NCBI GenBank assembly: GCA_015711825.1
Contig: JACVJD010000003.1
Span: 1 to 59,596 of the forward strand
Source: Candidatus Solincola daggyaiensis
Lineage (GTDB): Bacteria; Actinomycetota; Geothermincolia; Geothermincolales; RBG-13-55-18
Length of the DNA stretch: 59,596 nucleotides
Reading direction: 5' to 3'
The notes under the pieces: model-generated
Databases searched by the model: none
The model's input: the letters and a program-made list of their open reading frames with translations, nothing else
Told to the model about the DNA's origin: nothing
Shown here: positions 17,310-26,058 of the stretch, in pieces
How the letters are laid out: every line of letters begins with the position of its first letter
Position numbering within the stretch: position 1 is the stretch's first letter
Made by a program: the position numbers and the translations under genes

Positions 17310-18911
17310 TTAAAAGACGCGGAATTCTTTCACGCCGTTGTGCTCGGGGTGGATGACATGGATGGCGCATGCCAGGCAGGGGTCGAAAGACCGCACGCAG
17401 CGCACCACGTTGATGGGGTTCTCCGCGTCGGGCACCGGGAGTCCGAGCAGCGCGGTCTCGATGGGCCCGCGGTTGCCTTCCTTGTCGCGGGGCGCGGCGT
17501 TCCAGGTGGTTGGCACGATCGCCTGGTAGTTCTCGATCTTCTTGCCCTTGATGTGGATCCAGTGCCCCAGGGAGCCGCGGGGGCCCTCCACCAGGCCACG
17601 CCCGTAGGACTCGCCTGGGATATCCTTCTTGTCCCAGATGGGCTCGCCCGGCTTGAGCTCGTCCAGCCACACCTCCATCTGGTCCGCCAGGAGCTTGCAC
17701 TCCAGGGCGCGCATAGCGTGACGCGGCAGGATGCCGAACTTGCCGGCGGTGGCCAGTTCCATGACCTTGGCGTCCAGCCCCAGGGACTTTATGAGCGGCA
17801 TGAGCTTCTGCTTTTCGCCCGCGATCTTTCCCGAGAGCTCCAGGCCCGCCAGCACCAGCATGCGGGCCATGGGACCCACCTCCATGGGCTTGCCGTCGTA
17901 GCGCGGCGCCTTGAGGAAGGAGTACGCGCCGTCCTTGCCCACCTCGGGCTCGGTCTTGCCCTCCTTGGGGTGCAGGCCCTCGCACTCGTCCTTGTACCAG
18001 GAGTGCTTCACCGACTCGGTGACCTTTTCCTCTTCGAACTCCTTCACCGCAGTCACCTCGTTGCCGATGATGCAGCCGCGCGGCAGGAACTTCACCGTGC
18101 CCTTGGAATCCTCGTCGAAGCCTCCGTAGGCGAGGTAATTGCCTCCGGAGTCGCCCGCGGTGAAGAAGATCTCGTAGGCTGGAACGCCGGCCACGGTGAG
18201 GATGTCCTGCACATAGACGTTGTCGATCCAGAAGCGCAGCTCCGCCAGGCGGGCGCGGAAAGCGGCGATGTTGGAGATGGTCGGCTGCACGGTAACCCCG
18301 CCGGGAACGGTCCCCACGAAGCTCGGCATGCGGCCGTAGAAAATGGATAGCATCTCCTGCGCCTTCTTGCGCATCTCCAGTGCCTCCACGTAGTGGCCGA
18401 CGAGAACGGTGGCGATCTCGGGATCGCTCACGTAATCGTCCGTCTTATAGCGCGGGAGGAAGGGATATACGTCGTTCGCCTTCACCAGCCCTGCCACCTT
18501 GCCTTTTATGGCTTTCAGCGCCGGGTTGTTTCCCGAGTAGTCGACCACCGCCGCCACGTCCACGTAGTCCAGGGCGGCCAAGTGGTAGAAGTGAAGGATG
18601 TGGGACTGGATGAAGTTCGCGCCCAGGCAGAGGTTGCGGATGATCCGTGCGTTGTCCGGCAGCTCCACCCCCAGCGCGTCGTCCAGGTTGTAGGAAGCGG
18701 CGGTGCCGTGCACCAGGGGGCACACCCCGCAGATGCGTTCCGTCACCTGCTGGGCATCGAAGGGGTGTTTGCCCTTAAGCAGCATCTCGATACCCCGGAA
18801 CATGGTGCCCGATGACCAGGCGTCCTTGACCTTCCCGTCCTCGATCTCCACGTCGATGCGGAGGTGTCCCTCGATGCGCGTCACCGGGTCTATGCTTACG
18901 AGCTGCGCCAT
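17310..18911 (-). CDS. [NiFe]-hydrogenase large subunit
   Basis: 533 aa. RIEGH, N-terminal RICGVCP and C-terminal DPCLACAIH Ni-Fe ligands, followed by a 15-aa cleavable extension. Confidence 0.93.
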   Translation of the reverse strand: MAQLVSIDPVTRIEGHLRIDVEIEDGKVKDAWSSGTMFRGIEMLLKGKHPFDAQQVTERICGVCPLVHGTAASYNLDDALGVELPDNARIIRNLCLGANFIQSHILHFYHLAALDYVDVAAVVDYSGNNPALKAIKGKVAGLVKANDVYPFLPRYKTDDYVSDPEIATVLVGHYVEALEMRKKAQEMLSIFYGRMPSFVGTVPGGVTVQPTISNIAAFRARLAELRFWIDNVYVQDILTVAGVPAYEIFFTAGDSGGNYLAYGGFDEDSKGTVKFLPRGCIIGNEVTAVKEFEEEKVTESVKHSWYKDECEGLHPKEGKTEPEVGKDGAYSFLKAPRYDGKPMEVGPMARMLVLAGLELSGKIAGEKQKLMPLIKSLGLDAKVMELATAGKFGILPRHAMRALECKLLADQMEVWLDELKPGEPIWDKKDIPGESYGRGLVEGPRGSLGHWIHIKGKKIENYQAIVPTTWNAAPRDKEGNRGPIETALLGLPVPDAENPINVVRCVRSFDPCLACAIHVIHPEHNGVKEFRVF

Positions 18912-20024
18912 CTATCCCTCACCTCCCTCGGGGACCTTCTTACCAAGTTGCTTGTAGAGGTAGTGTGCTCCGATGCCGACCGCCGTAGCGCCCGCTGCCA
19001 CCCAGCCCAATGTCTCCGCCGTGGTATTTATACCCAGGAAATTGACATTGGGCAGGGGTTCGTAGAGCGGTGAGAGATCCTTGTAGAAGGTGGGCTCGGC
19101 GCAACCGTGGCAGGGAGCGTTGGCGCCCACGCACCAGTTGACCCCGGAGTTCCAGCGCCGGGTGGGACAGTCGGCGTAGGTCACCGGGCCCTTGCAGCCC
19201 ATCTTGAAGAGGCAGAGCTTGAAGTCCGGGTTGTTGTCGTTCCAGTCCTCCAAGAACAGCCCGGCGTCGAAGGAGGCCCTCCTCTCGCAGTTCTCGTGAA
19301 TCAGCTTGCCGAAGAAAGCCGTGGGGCGACCGTGCTTGTCCAGCTCGGGTACCCTTTTGTTGACGAGGTAGTCGAGGACGGTGCCGATAAACCAGTCCGG
19401 GTGGGATGGGCACCCCCCGATGTTGATAACCGGCTTGTCCCTGCTTATGCCCTTCACGATCTCCTGTACCGGTTTGGTTCCGGTCACCGAGGCGTTGGCG
19501 GCGGGGATGCCGCCGAAGGAGGCACAGTTGCCCAAGGCTATAACCGCCGCCGCGCCGGGAACCAGCTCTTCCATCCAGGCCTCGATGGGCTTGTCCTTGC
19601 GACGCTGGTAACCGTTGAACGGCGCCGTTTCCTTTTCCAGGCCGAAGGTGCAGTACTCGCCGCCCTCGGCGGTGGGGATCGGCCCCTCCACCACCAGCAC
19701 GTACTTGCCGGCGAGCTCCTTGGCCGTCTCCTCCAGCACCCCGAAGGCCAGGTCGCCGGCGGCGGCCATGACGTTGGGGTGGTAACGCACGGAGAGCTTG
19801 TCCAGCACCAGCTCCGCCACGTTGGGGAAGTTGGTGTTGAGGAACGAGATGGAGCAGCCCGTGCAGTTCTGCCCCTGGATCCACAGCACCGGCGGCTTGC
19901 CCGAGGCCAGCTCCTCGAGAGCGCGGGCGATCTCCGGCACCAGGGCTTCGCTCAAGCCCAGCAAGGCCGCAGTGGCGCCCGCGTACTTGATGAATTGCCG
20001 CCGTGTCACTCCCTTCTTCTCCAC
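18912..20024 (-). CDS. [NiFe]-hydrogenase small subunit, Tat-exported, with C-terminal membrane anchor
   Basis: 370 aa. Twin-arginine signal TRRQFIKYAGATAALLGLSEA, Fe-S Cys ligands, C-terminal helix LGWVAAGATAVGIGAHYLY. GTG start sits 7 nt after AGGAGGTGA. Confidence 0.92.
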   Translation of the reverse strand: MEKKGVTRRQFIKYAGATAALLGLSEALVPEIARALEELASGKPPVLWIQGQNCTGCSISFLNTNFPNVAELVLDKLSVRYHPNVMAAAGDLAFGVLEETAKELAGKYVLVVEGPIPTAEGGEYCTFGLEKETAPFNGYQRRKDKPIEAWMEELVPGAAAVIALGNCASFGGIPAANASVTGTKPVQEIVKGISRDKPVINIGGCPSHPDWFIGTVLDYLVNKRVPELDKHGRPTAFFGKLIHENCERRASFDAGLFLEDWNDNNPDFKLCLFKMGCKGPVTYADCPTRRWNSGVNWCVGANAPCHGCAEPTFYKDLSPLYEPLPNVNFLGINTTAETLGWVAAGATAVGIGAHYLYKQLGKKVPEGGEG

Positions 20025-20645
20025 CGATCGCTCACCTCCTGACTGCTTGATCCTCCAACGCGAAGGGGATATGTTTGGTATGCGCCCGGAGGCGGTGAAA
20101 CGACCTAGGAAAGTGGGAGGTTTCGAGATCGTACGGTTCGAAAACCGCCCTCCACCGGTCTCCGGGCGACTTATCTTTCAACTCCACCGATGAAGCGCTT
20201 CGTTTTACAGCCGACGATGCCGCATCACTCACGCGATACTGCCTCCAGTGCTCCGTGCTCCCGGCCTTACCCGGGCAGCTATTGCTCCATGGAAATTCTC
20301 TTAGGCCGCCGCTTGGCCGAAAATCGGCTAGACTCCGAACGAATCGCGCCATGCCGGCCTTGAATCAACAGGATATTTTCCATTTTTTACCATCTATTAT
20401 TGCAACCTTCTTCCCCGCCAGGATTACGATTTTCCCGCGCCCGTCTTGTGCGTTAATTCTTCGGACCTTAGGCGCTCTAAACAACAGTCCGACAATTACC
20501 CCGAAGTAACGGGGCAATGTGCCGTTTGAGTGTAGGGAAAGCCATACAATCCTCTCGCTTTCCCTTTTTCTATCAGTATGTTTTCCTAGGTCACATCCAG
20601 TCAACACGAAAAGCGGGTCTTTTGTCAAGGCTTTGTCCTGGTTCA

Positions 20646-20935
20646 CTACATCGTGAACAGTAGCTCCCTATGCTTGCCCTCCTCCATCCATTGCGCCAGG
20701 AACTCCATGGGGGTGAGATAACCCAGGCCCTGATGGGGCCTCACGTGATTGTATACGAAATTCCACTCGTCGAGGATGCGGTTGAGCTCCTCCACCGTAT
20801 ATCCCTCCCGGAAGGCCCAGAGCTCGTACTTGTCGGACCGACCTCCCTCTCCATGAATGCGTTATCCTTGGGTAATTGGGGACGGCTGGAGTTATCGGCG
20901 ATCAACTATACCTTGACGGCATGCTCGAAGTGCGG
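20646..20935 (-). pseudogene. Truncated, frameshifted remnant of an rve-integrase-type (IS3/IS481-like) transposase
   Basis: The minus-strand frame 20861-20646 reads ...DKYELWAFREGYTVEELNRILDEWNFVYNHVRPHQGLGYLTPMEFLAQWMEEGKHRELLFTM*. This is the classic YNxxRPHxxLGYxTP C-terminus. Upstream, PKDNAFMER is in another frame, and there is no start or N-terminal domain. Confidence 0.7.
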
Positions 20936-20960
20936 GAGAGACACCAAGCCTTTGTCGGTC

Positions 20961-21350
20961 TCAAGCGCGAGGGGGGCGGAACTGGTGCAGGGCGACGCCG
21001 TCGGAGGAGGTCCAGGTGCTGAAGGCCACCCTCATGCCGATGCGCAGCTCCTCGAGGGGGGCGTCGATGCGGGTGAATACGTTGCCTATTCCTTCCAGCT
21101 CCACCAGTCCCAGCACCTCGGGCCTGCGGCAGCGTACGGCGTCCCGCTGCTGGGTGAAGGCGAGAAGGGTTCCCTCGCGCGGCAGGTCCACCCATTCCAT
21201 CTCCTCGCCCAGGCAGGCGGGGCAGACCACGCGCGGCGGGTAATGCGCCTCTCCGCAGGAGCGGCAGCGGGTGGTGCGGAACTCGCCCCGCTCCAGGAGG
21301 GAGAAGAACTCCCGCGCCGCCCTGTCCTGTATGTAGGGTTTGGTGTCCAT
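20961..21350 (-). CDS. Zn-ribbon/OB-fold (DUF35) acyl-CoA-associated protein
   Basis: 129 aa. CRSCGEAHYPPRVVCPACLG rubredoxin-like ribbon followed by an OB fold. It is downstream of a thiolase, which is the usual pairing. Confidence 0.8.
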   Translation of the reverse strand: MDTKPYIQDRAAREFFSLLERGEFRTTRCRSCGEAHYPPRVVCPACLGEEMEWVDLPREGTLLAFTQQRDAVRCRRPEVLGLVELEGIGNVFTRIDAPLEELRIGMRVAFSTWTSSDGVALHQFRPPRA

Positions 21351-21506
21351 GCTTTACCCCCTCATCTTTTCATCTTTGCGGAGGAGGGCGCTAAAACATG
21401 GGTGCGCCCATACTCCACCCCTCATGGTTTCGTACCATCCCCTCGACCTGAAACGCGGCACCCCCTCATCCCTGGCGAGGTCGGCATGGGCACCATGGAC
21501 CTCCTT

Positions 21507-22688
21507 TCACCTGCCTTTATCCAGCACGGCCACGATGGAGCCGTTGATGAAGCCCTGTTCGGTGTGGACCAGGCCTACGGCGGCGCCCGGCCTCTGGCGC
21601 CCTCCCGCCTCTCCCCTGAGCTGGCGCACTATCTCGATGAACTCCAGCAGGGGGGTGACGTAGGCGGGATGGCCCAGGGAGAGCCTGCCGCCGCTGGGGT
21701 TGAGGAGCACCTCGCCGCCATGGGTGGTGCGGCCCTCGCGCACCGCCTCCGGGGCCTTACCTGGAGCGAAGAAGCCGAGCTCCTCGTACATCATGGGCTC
21801 CATGCCCGCGAAAGCCCCGTAGACCTCGGCCACGTCGATATCGGTGAGGGCGTACCCGCTCTCCTCCAGGGCGGCGCGCGCGGCCCGTCCCACGCAGGGG
21901 AAGCGGGAGATCTCCCCCCGGTAGGGCGCGAAGCTGGTGGGGTCGTGGGCCTCGGCCATGCCCGCTATGCGCACCGCCCGGGGGTTTCCCCGCGCCAGCT
22001 CCTCCCCCACCATGACCACCGCCGCCGCGCCGTCGTGCATCTCCGAGCATTCCAGGCGGCGGATAGGTGGCGATACGAAGCTGCTCGCCAGCACCTCCTC
22101 GACGGTCAGCGGCTCCTTATAGGCCGCTTGCGGGTGCTTCAGGGCGTGCGCGCGCAACAGCGCCGCCACCCCGGCGATGTCCTCGGGGGGGATGGAGTGC
22201 AGGTTCATATACCTCTGCACGGCCATGGCGTAGAAGGGCAGGGGGCTGATCAGGCCATAGGCGGCCTGATAGGAATCGTAAAGGGAGTTGGCGGCCTTGA
22301 TGAGGTGGAAGTGCCCCACAATGTCCTCTTTGATGCGGTTGGGGGGCGCCTCCCGCTGGGCGGCGAAGACCAGGCAAGAGCTTATCTTCCCCTCCCGGAT
22401 GCGGTCGCGGGCGATGTGCACGGCCACGGAGGTGGAGTTGCCGCCGCTGTCCACGTCCAGCATGAGGCCGCAAGTGATGCCCAGGTAGTCGGCCATCCTC
22501 TGGGCGATCATCTTGCGCGTGTCGGCCATGTAGCCGTGTGGGGTGGAGATCAGGCCATCGACCTGCGCGGGCAGAAGGCCGGCGTCCCGCAGCGCCTCGG
22601 CGCAGACCCTGGCCCCCATGTCGTGGGGGTCGTCCTCGTGCCATCCTATATCAGTCATGGCCACGCCGGCTATGTACGCCTCACCCAT
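21507..22688 (-). CDS. Thiolase-fold (SCP-x/archaeal-type acetyl-CoA acetyltransferase-like) protein
   Basis: 393 aa, thiolase-like N- and C-terminal halves (DSGGNSTSVAVH; GGEVLLNPSGGRLSLGHP). Confidence 0.85.
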   Translation of the reverse strand: MGEAYIAGVAMTDIGWHEDDPHDMGARVCAEALRDAGLLPAQVDGLISTPHGYMADTRKMIAQRMADYLGITCGLMLDVDSGGNSTSVAVHIARDRIREGKISSCLVFAAQREAPPNRIKEDIVGHFHLIKAANSLYDSYQAAYGLISPLPFYAMAVQRYMNLHSIPPEDIAGVAALLRAHALKHPQAAYKEPLTVEEVLASSFVSPPIRRLECSEMHDGAAAVVMVGEELARGNPRAVRIAGMAEAHDPTSFAPYRGEISRFPCVGRAARAALEESGYALTDIDVAEVYGAFAGMEPMMYEELGFFAPGKAPEAVREGRTTHGGEVLLNPSGGRLSLGHPAYVTPLLEFIEIVRQLRGEAGGRQRPGAAVGLVHTEQGFINGSIVAVLDKGR

Positions 22689-22988
22689 CGCCTTCCCCCT
22701 TTCCCGCGCGTGCCGTGCCGGTCACACATGGGCCCTTTTATCCCCGGCCGATCCCCTGGGTGGTTCTCGATCCCGATCCTGCGAATCGTGTGCCGCCTTC
22801 GGGCTTTTTCGGCTTTTTCCATACGTATACCCGGCCCCCCGCCGCTGCCGCGCGGTCCGGAACGGGCCAGCCCCGGCTTGCCGGCCCGGCATGTTCGACG
22901 CCCATCCGTTTTAGGCCTCGGCAGCCTGGGAATCATAAGCATTATACAACCGGAGCGAGCTTCTGTTCACAGGGAGGGCGTGATAAGA

Positions 22989-24392
22989 ATGGAACGACCG
23001 CGCAGGATAGTGGTGATCGGCGGGGTGGCGGGGGGCGCGACGGCGGCCTCCAAGGCCAGGCGCTGCTGCCCAGACTCCGAGATCGAGATCTATGACCAGG
23101 ACGAGTTCATCTCCTACGCTGGCTGCGGCCTGCCCTATTTCATCGGCGGTCACAGCCCCAACTGGCGCAGGTTGCTGGCGCGCCTGCCCGAGGAGTTCGA
23201 GAGCAGGCAGAACATCCGCGTCTTCCTACGCCATCGCGTCAACGAGATCGATCCCCAGAACAAGAGGGTGCGCGTGGCCGACCTGGAGGGAGTAAGCGAG
23301 TCCTCCATACCCTACGACCGCCTTATCATCGCCACCGGCGCGGCGCCGTTTGTCCCGCCCATCCCCGGGCGTGATCTGACGGGAGTGTTCGTGCTGCGCT
23401 CCCTTACCCACGCCCTGGAGATGAAATCATTTATCGACCTGCAGGCTCCCCACCGCGCGGTCATCGTGGGAGGGGGAGCCATCGGGCTGGAGATGTGCGA
23501 AGCCTTGCGACGCTTGGGCATGGAGGTGCACCTGGTGGAGCTGTCCGACCACGTTCTCCCTTCCCTGGACGCCGACCTGGCGGAGAAACTCGGCGCTCAC
23601 CTGGAGGCCAACGGGGTGGCGCTGCACCTGGGCGCCGGGGTGGAGGGCATCCTCGGCAGCGGCGACACCGTCACGGGAGTGTCCACCAGCCAGGGGGAGC
23701 TGGAGGCCGACATGGTGCTGCTCTCCATGGGCATCCGCCCCGTGAGCGAGCTCGCGCGCAGGGCGAGGATAGAACTGGGGGCGCGCGACGCCATCCGGGT
23801 TGACGCGGCCATGCGCACCAGCGTCCCCGATATCCTGGCGTGCGGCGACTGCGCCACCGCACGCCACCTCGTCTCCGGAGCCGAGACCTGGATACCCCTG
23901 GGATCGACAGCCCGCAAACAGGGACGCGCGGCGGCGGAGACGGCCTCCGGCGGGGAGGGGGATTTTCCCGGTGTTTTGGGTACCTTCGTCCTCAAGGCCT
24001 TCGAGATGACGGCGGGCAAGACGGGATTGGGCGAGACGGAGGCGCGTGAGGCGGGCCTAGAGGCGCGCTCCGTCACCCTGGAGGACTCGGCGCTCCCTGG
24101 ATACTACCGCGGCGGAGGACGCATGACGGTAAGGGTGACGGTGGAGGAAAAAACGGGGCGTGTCTTAGGCGCCCAAGTGGTGGGGGACTACCAATCGGTG
24201 GCGGAAAAGCGCCTGGACATACTGGCGGTATGCGTCTCAGCGGGCCTCACCGCCGGCGACCTGTCGTCACTGGACCTGGCCTACGCCCCGCCCTACAGCC
24301 ACCCCCTCGACCTACCCATCGTGGCCGGCAACCTGGCGGAGGCCAAGGTGCTGGGCAAGGAATGCTCCTGCACCTCCGACGGTCTCGAATAG
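22989..24392 (+). CDS. CoA-disulfide reductase / NADH oxidase-family pyridine nucleotide-disulfide oxidoreductase
   Basis: 467 aa from ATG 22989, which is the 3' part of an artefactual 1240-aa ORF. IVVIGGVAGG FAD motif, redox Cys in SYAGCGLPY, GGGAIGLE, ACGDCA. Confidence 0.85.
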   Translation: MERPRRIVVIGGVAGGATAASKARRCCPDSEIEIYDQDEFISYAGCGLPYFIGGHSPNWRRLLARLPEEFESRQNIRVFLRHRVNEIDPQNKRVRVADLEGVSESSIPYDRLIIATGAAPFVPPIPGRDLTGVFVLRSLTHALEMKSFIDLQAPHRAVIVGGGAIGLEMCEALRRLGMEVHLVELSDHVLPSLDADLAEKLGAHLEANGVALHLGAGVEGILGSGDTVTGVSTSQGELEADMVLLSMGIRPVSELARRARIELGARDAIRVDAAMRTSVPDILACGDCATARHLVSGAETWIPLGSTARKQGRAAAETASGGEGDFPGVLGTFVLKAFEMTAGKTGLGETEAREAGLEARSVTLEDSALPGYYRGGGRMTVRVTVEEKTGRVLGAQVVGDYQSVAEKRLDILAVCVSAGLTAGDLSSLDLAYAPPYSHPLDLPIVAGNLAEAKVLGKECSCTSDGLE

Positions 24393-24762
24393 AGGAGGCA
24401 GTCTCGGGCTTTCAACAAGTGGCGTCAAGCAAAGGCGGATGATAAGCTGCCGCCCTGAACCTACGGGGTCAGTCACAGATCGCCATGGCAAGGGGTGGGG
24501 GATCGGCCTCACGTGCAAACCATAGGCTTTGGAGGTTATTCCTCGGTTTTCAACAAACGGCGCGGGATTCGACCGAAGACGCAAGCAGACCGCCGGCCAA
24601 GGCAGGACGCCATGGGTAAAGAGAGCATTCCGCTGCAAAGCGATTCCTGGGCGTTTACCCATATCGGAAAGCCCGACAGCTGAGATGGTTGCCTCGTTTC
24701 TCGGCTTCAGGGACCTGCCTCCTCGTCCCGAAGCCCGGCTCCCCGATGCCGCCAACCCACGC

Positions 24763-24795
24763 CAGACATAAAAAGAGGCGTGACCCCCATGTCTG
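24763..24795 (-). repeat. Copy of the 32-nt palindromic element (reverse orientation)
   Basis: CAGACATAAAAAGAGGCGTGACCCCCATGTCTG is the reverse complement of the copy at 19-50. It lies 5 nt from the stop of the SAM-methyltransferase gene. Confidence 0.85.
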
Positions 24796-24800
24796 GGGCG

Positions 24801-25514
24801 CTATTTGCGGAAGGCGGTGAGGATGCGGTAGCCGAACTCGGCGGGCTCAACGGGAATGACCTCGAATCCCCGGAAGCCGGCCGCCTCCAGGTGCTCTTTC
24901 CACACCGCATCGGTGGTGAAGTACTCGCCCTCCCCCTTTATCACCGCGGGAATATCCTGGATGTGCAGGAGCATGGTCTCGAAGGCGCCGTGCTCCAGGT
25001 CGTAGAGGGACTTTCCCACCATTTTGAGGATGATATCCCGGGCACGCGCCGGATCGTCCACGGGCCCATCGACGTCGCAGAACATGTCGGCGTAGATGAG
25101 CCTGCCGCCGGCCCTCATCACGCGGGCCAGCTCGGCGGCGCATCCCATCCTGTCCTCCGGGGGCACGTGGTGAAGGGCGAGGTTGGATACCGCGTAGTGC
25201 ACGTAATCGGTGGGCAACGGAACCCTGAGGGCGGAGCCGATGGCGATGTGCACGTTGGGATATTCCCGGAAGCGGTTGACGCATCCCTGCACCATGCGCT
25301 CCGAGGGGTCCACGCCGTATATCTCGGCGTCGGGGTTCTCCTCCGCGAGGAGGGCGAGCAGGGTGCCGGAGCCGCATCCCAGGTCGAGGACGCGCTTGCG
25401 ATTGGCATCCCCCACCAACTCCATTATGATCCGCAGGGCGTCGGCGTACATGGGGTCGCGGTCGAAGAGGCTCTCGTATTCACCGCTGAAATCGTCCCAG
25501 AATCCCATGGCCAC
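24801..25514 (-). CDS. Class I SAM-dependent methyltransferase
   Basis: 237 aa. Motif I VLDLGCGSGTL and post-I/II segments. Start is GTG 25514 or ATG 25508. Confidence 0.85.
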   Translation of the reverse strand: MAMGFWDDFSGEYESLFDRDPMYADALRIIMELVGDANRKRVLDLGCGSGTLLALLAEENPDAEIYGVDPSERMVQGCVNRFREYPNVHIAIGSALRVPLPTDYVHYAVSNLALHHVPPEDRMGCAAELARVMRAGGRLIYADMFCDVDGPVDDPARARDIILKMVGKSLYDLEHGAFETMLLHIQDIPAVIKGEGEYFTTDAVWKEHLEAAGFRGFEVIPVEPAEFGYRILTAFRK

Positions 25515-25719
25515 ACCTCACCTACTCCTCGCCGAGGCTTTCCGCTATAACCTTTACCTTTTCCTTCATCCCCAAAAGTCAGATCCACCAGGACTGGTCA
25601 CGCCGGACCCCCCTTATCCGCTCCATGATCCGCAGGGCGTCGGCGTACATGGGGTCGCGGTCGAAGAGGCTCTCGTATTCACCGCTGAAATCGTCCCAGA
25701 ATCCCATGGCCACACCTCA
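25428..25719. repeat. Exact 93-bp direct repeat (25428-25520 and 25627-25719) duplicating the SD, start codon and first ~29 codons of the methyltransferase gene
   Basis: The two copies are identical when read base by base, offset 199 bp. The upstream copy opens a 44-codon ORF, MAMGFWDDFSGEYESLFDRDPMYADALRIMERIRGVRRDQSWWI*. Confidence 0.9.
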
Positions 25720-26058
25720 ATTCCTTATCGGCAAAGCCCGCCGCGACGGCTCTTCCCTGTATTCATCACTACAGATCGTCAGCCCCGCCGCCCGGCGCGC
25801 CGTCGTATCGCCGACATCGAAGGGAGATGAATAACTGCAGAAAGGCTTCCATTTTTTTCTATATATCTCTCGCCAAGGTAACCGGCCAGCCTGCCGCCGC
25901 TGTGCCGCTCGGCGGAATCGCGTGACCTCCATCTCCTCACCATCTTGCAGCCTTGAGTTTTGCGGATTGTCCGAGGCCCATGAACAGGGACTCGACCGGC
26001 CTCAAGGTCTTCGCGCCCCGCATAGGGGGTATGTTTCCCTTTCAAGGCGGCAAGTCTT

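Noticed and set aside
20032-20646. ORFs of 106 aa (20032-20352) and 93 aa (20365-20646) upstream of the hydrogenase small subunit
   Set aside because: They have no SD or start context, no recognisable motifs and odd composition in an AT-richer leader/IS-flank region. They are more likely non-coding promoter or 5'-UTR sequence.
20670-24392. 1240-aa plus-strand ORF, the longest in the track
   Set aside because: Only its last 467 codons (from ATG 22989) look like a protein, a CoADR-family flavoprotein. The rest runs antisense to the thiolase and DUF35 genes and across the IS relic, with Ala/Gly/Arg/Pro-rich composition typical of GC-rich shadow frames.
24393-24762. Tested the structured intergenic region as tmRNA, RNase P RNA or SRP RNA
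   Set aside because: GGATTCGAC is present, but there is no GGGG acceptor start, no tag-peptide frame ending in an Ala-Ala stop and no 3' T-arm/CCA. There is no GGAAAGUCCGGGC or ACAGAA.CCGGCUUA (RNase P) and no GUCAGGUCCGGAAGGAAGCAGC (SRP). It is kept only as an unassigned candidate.
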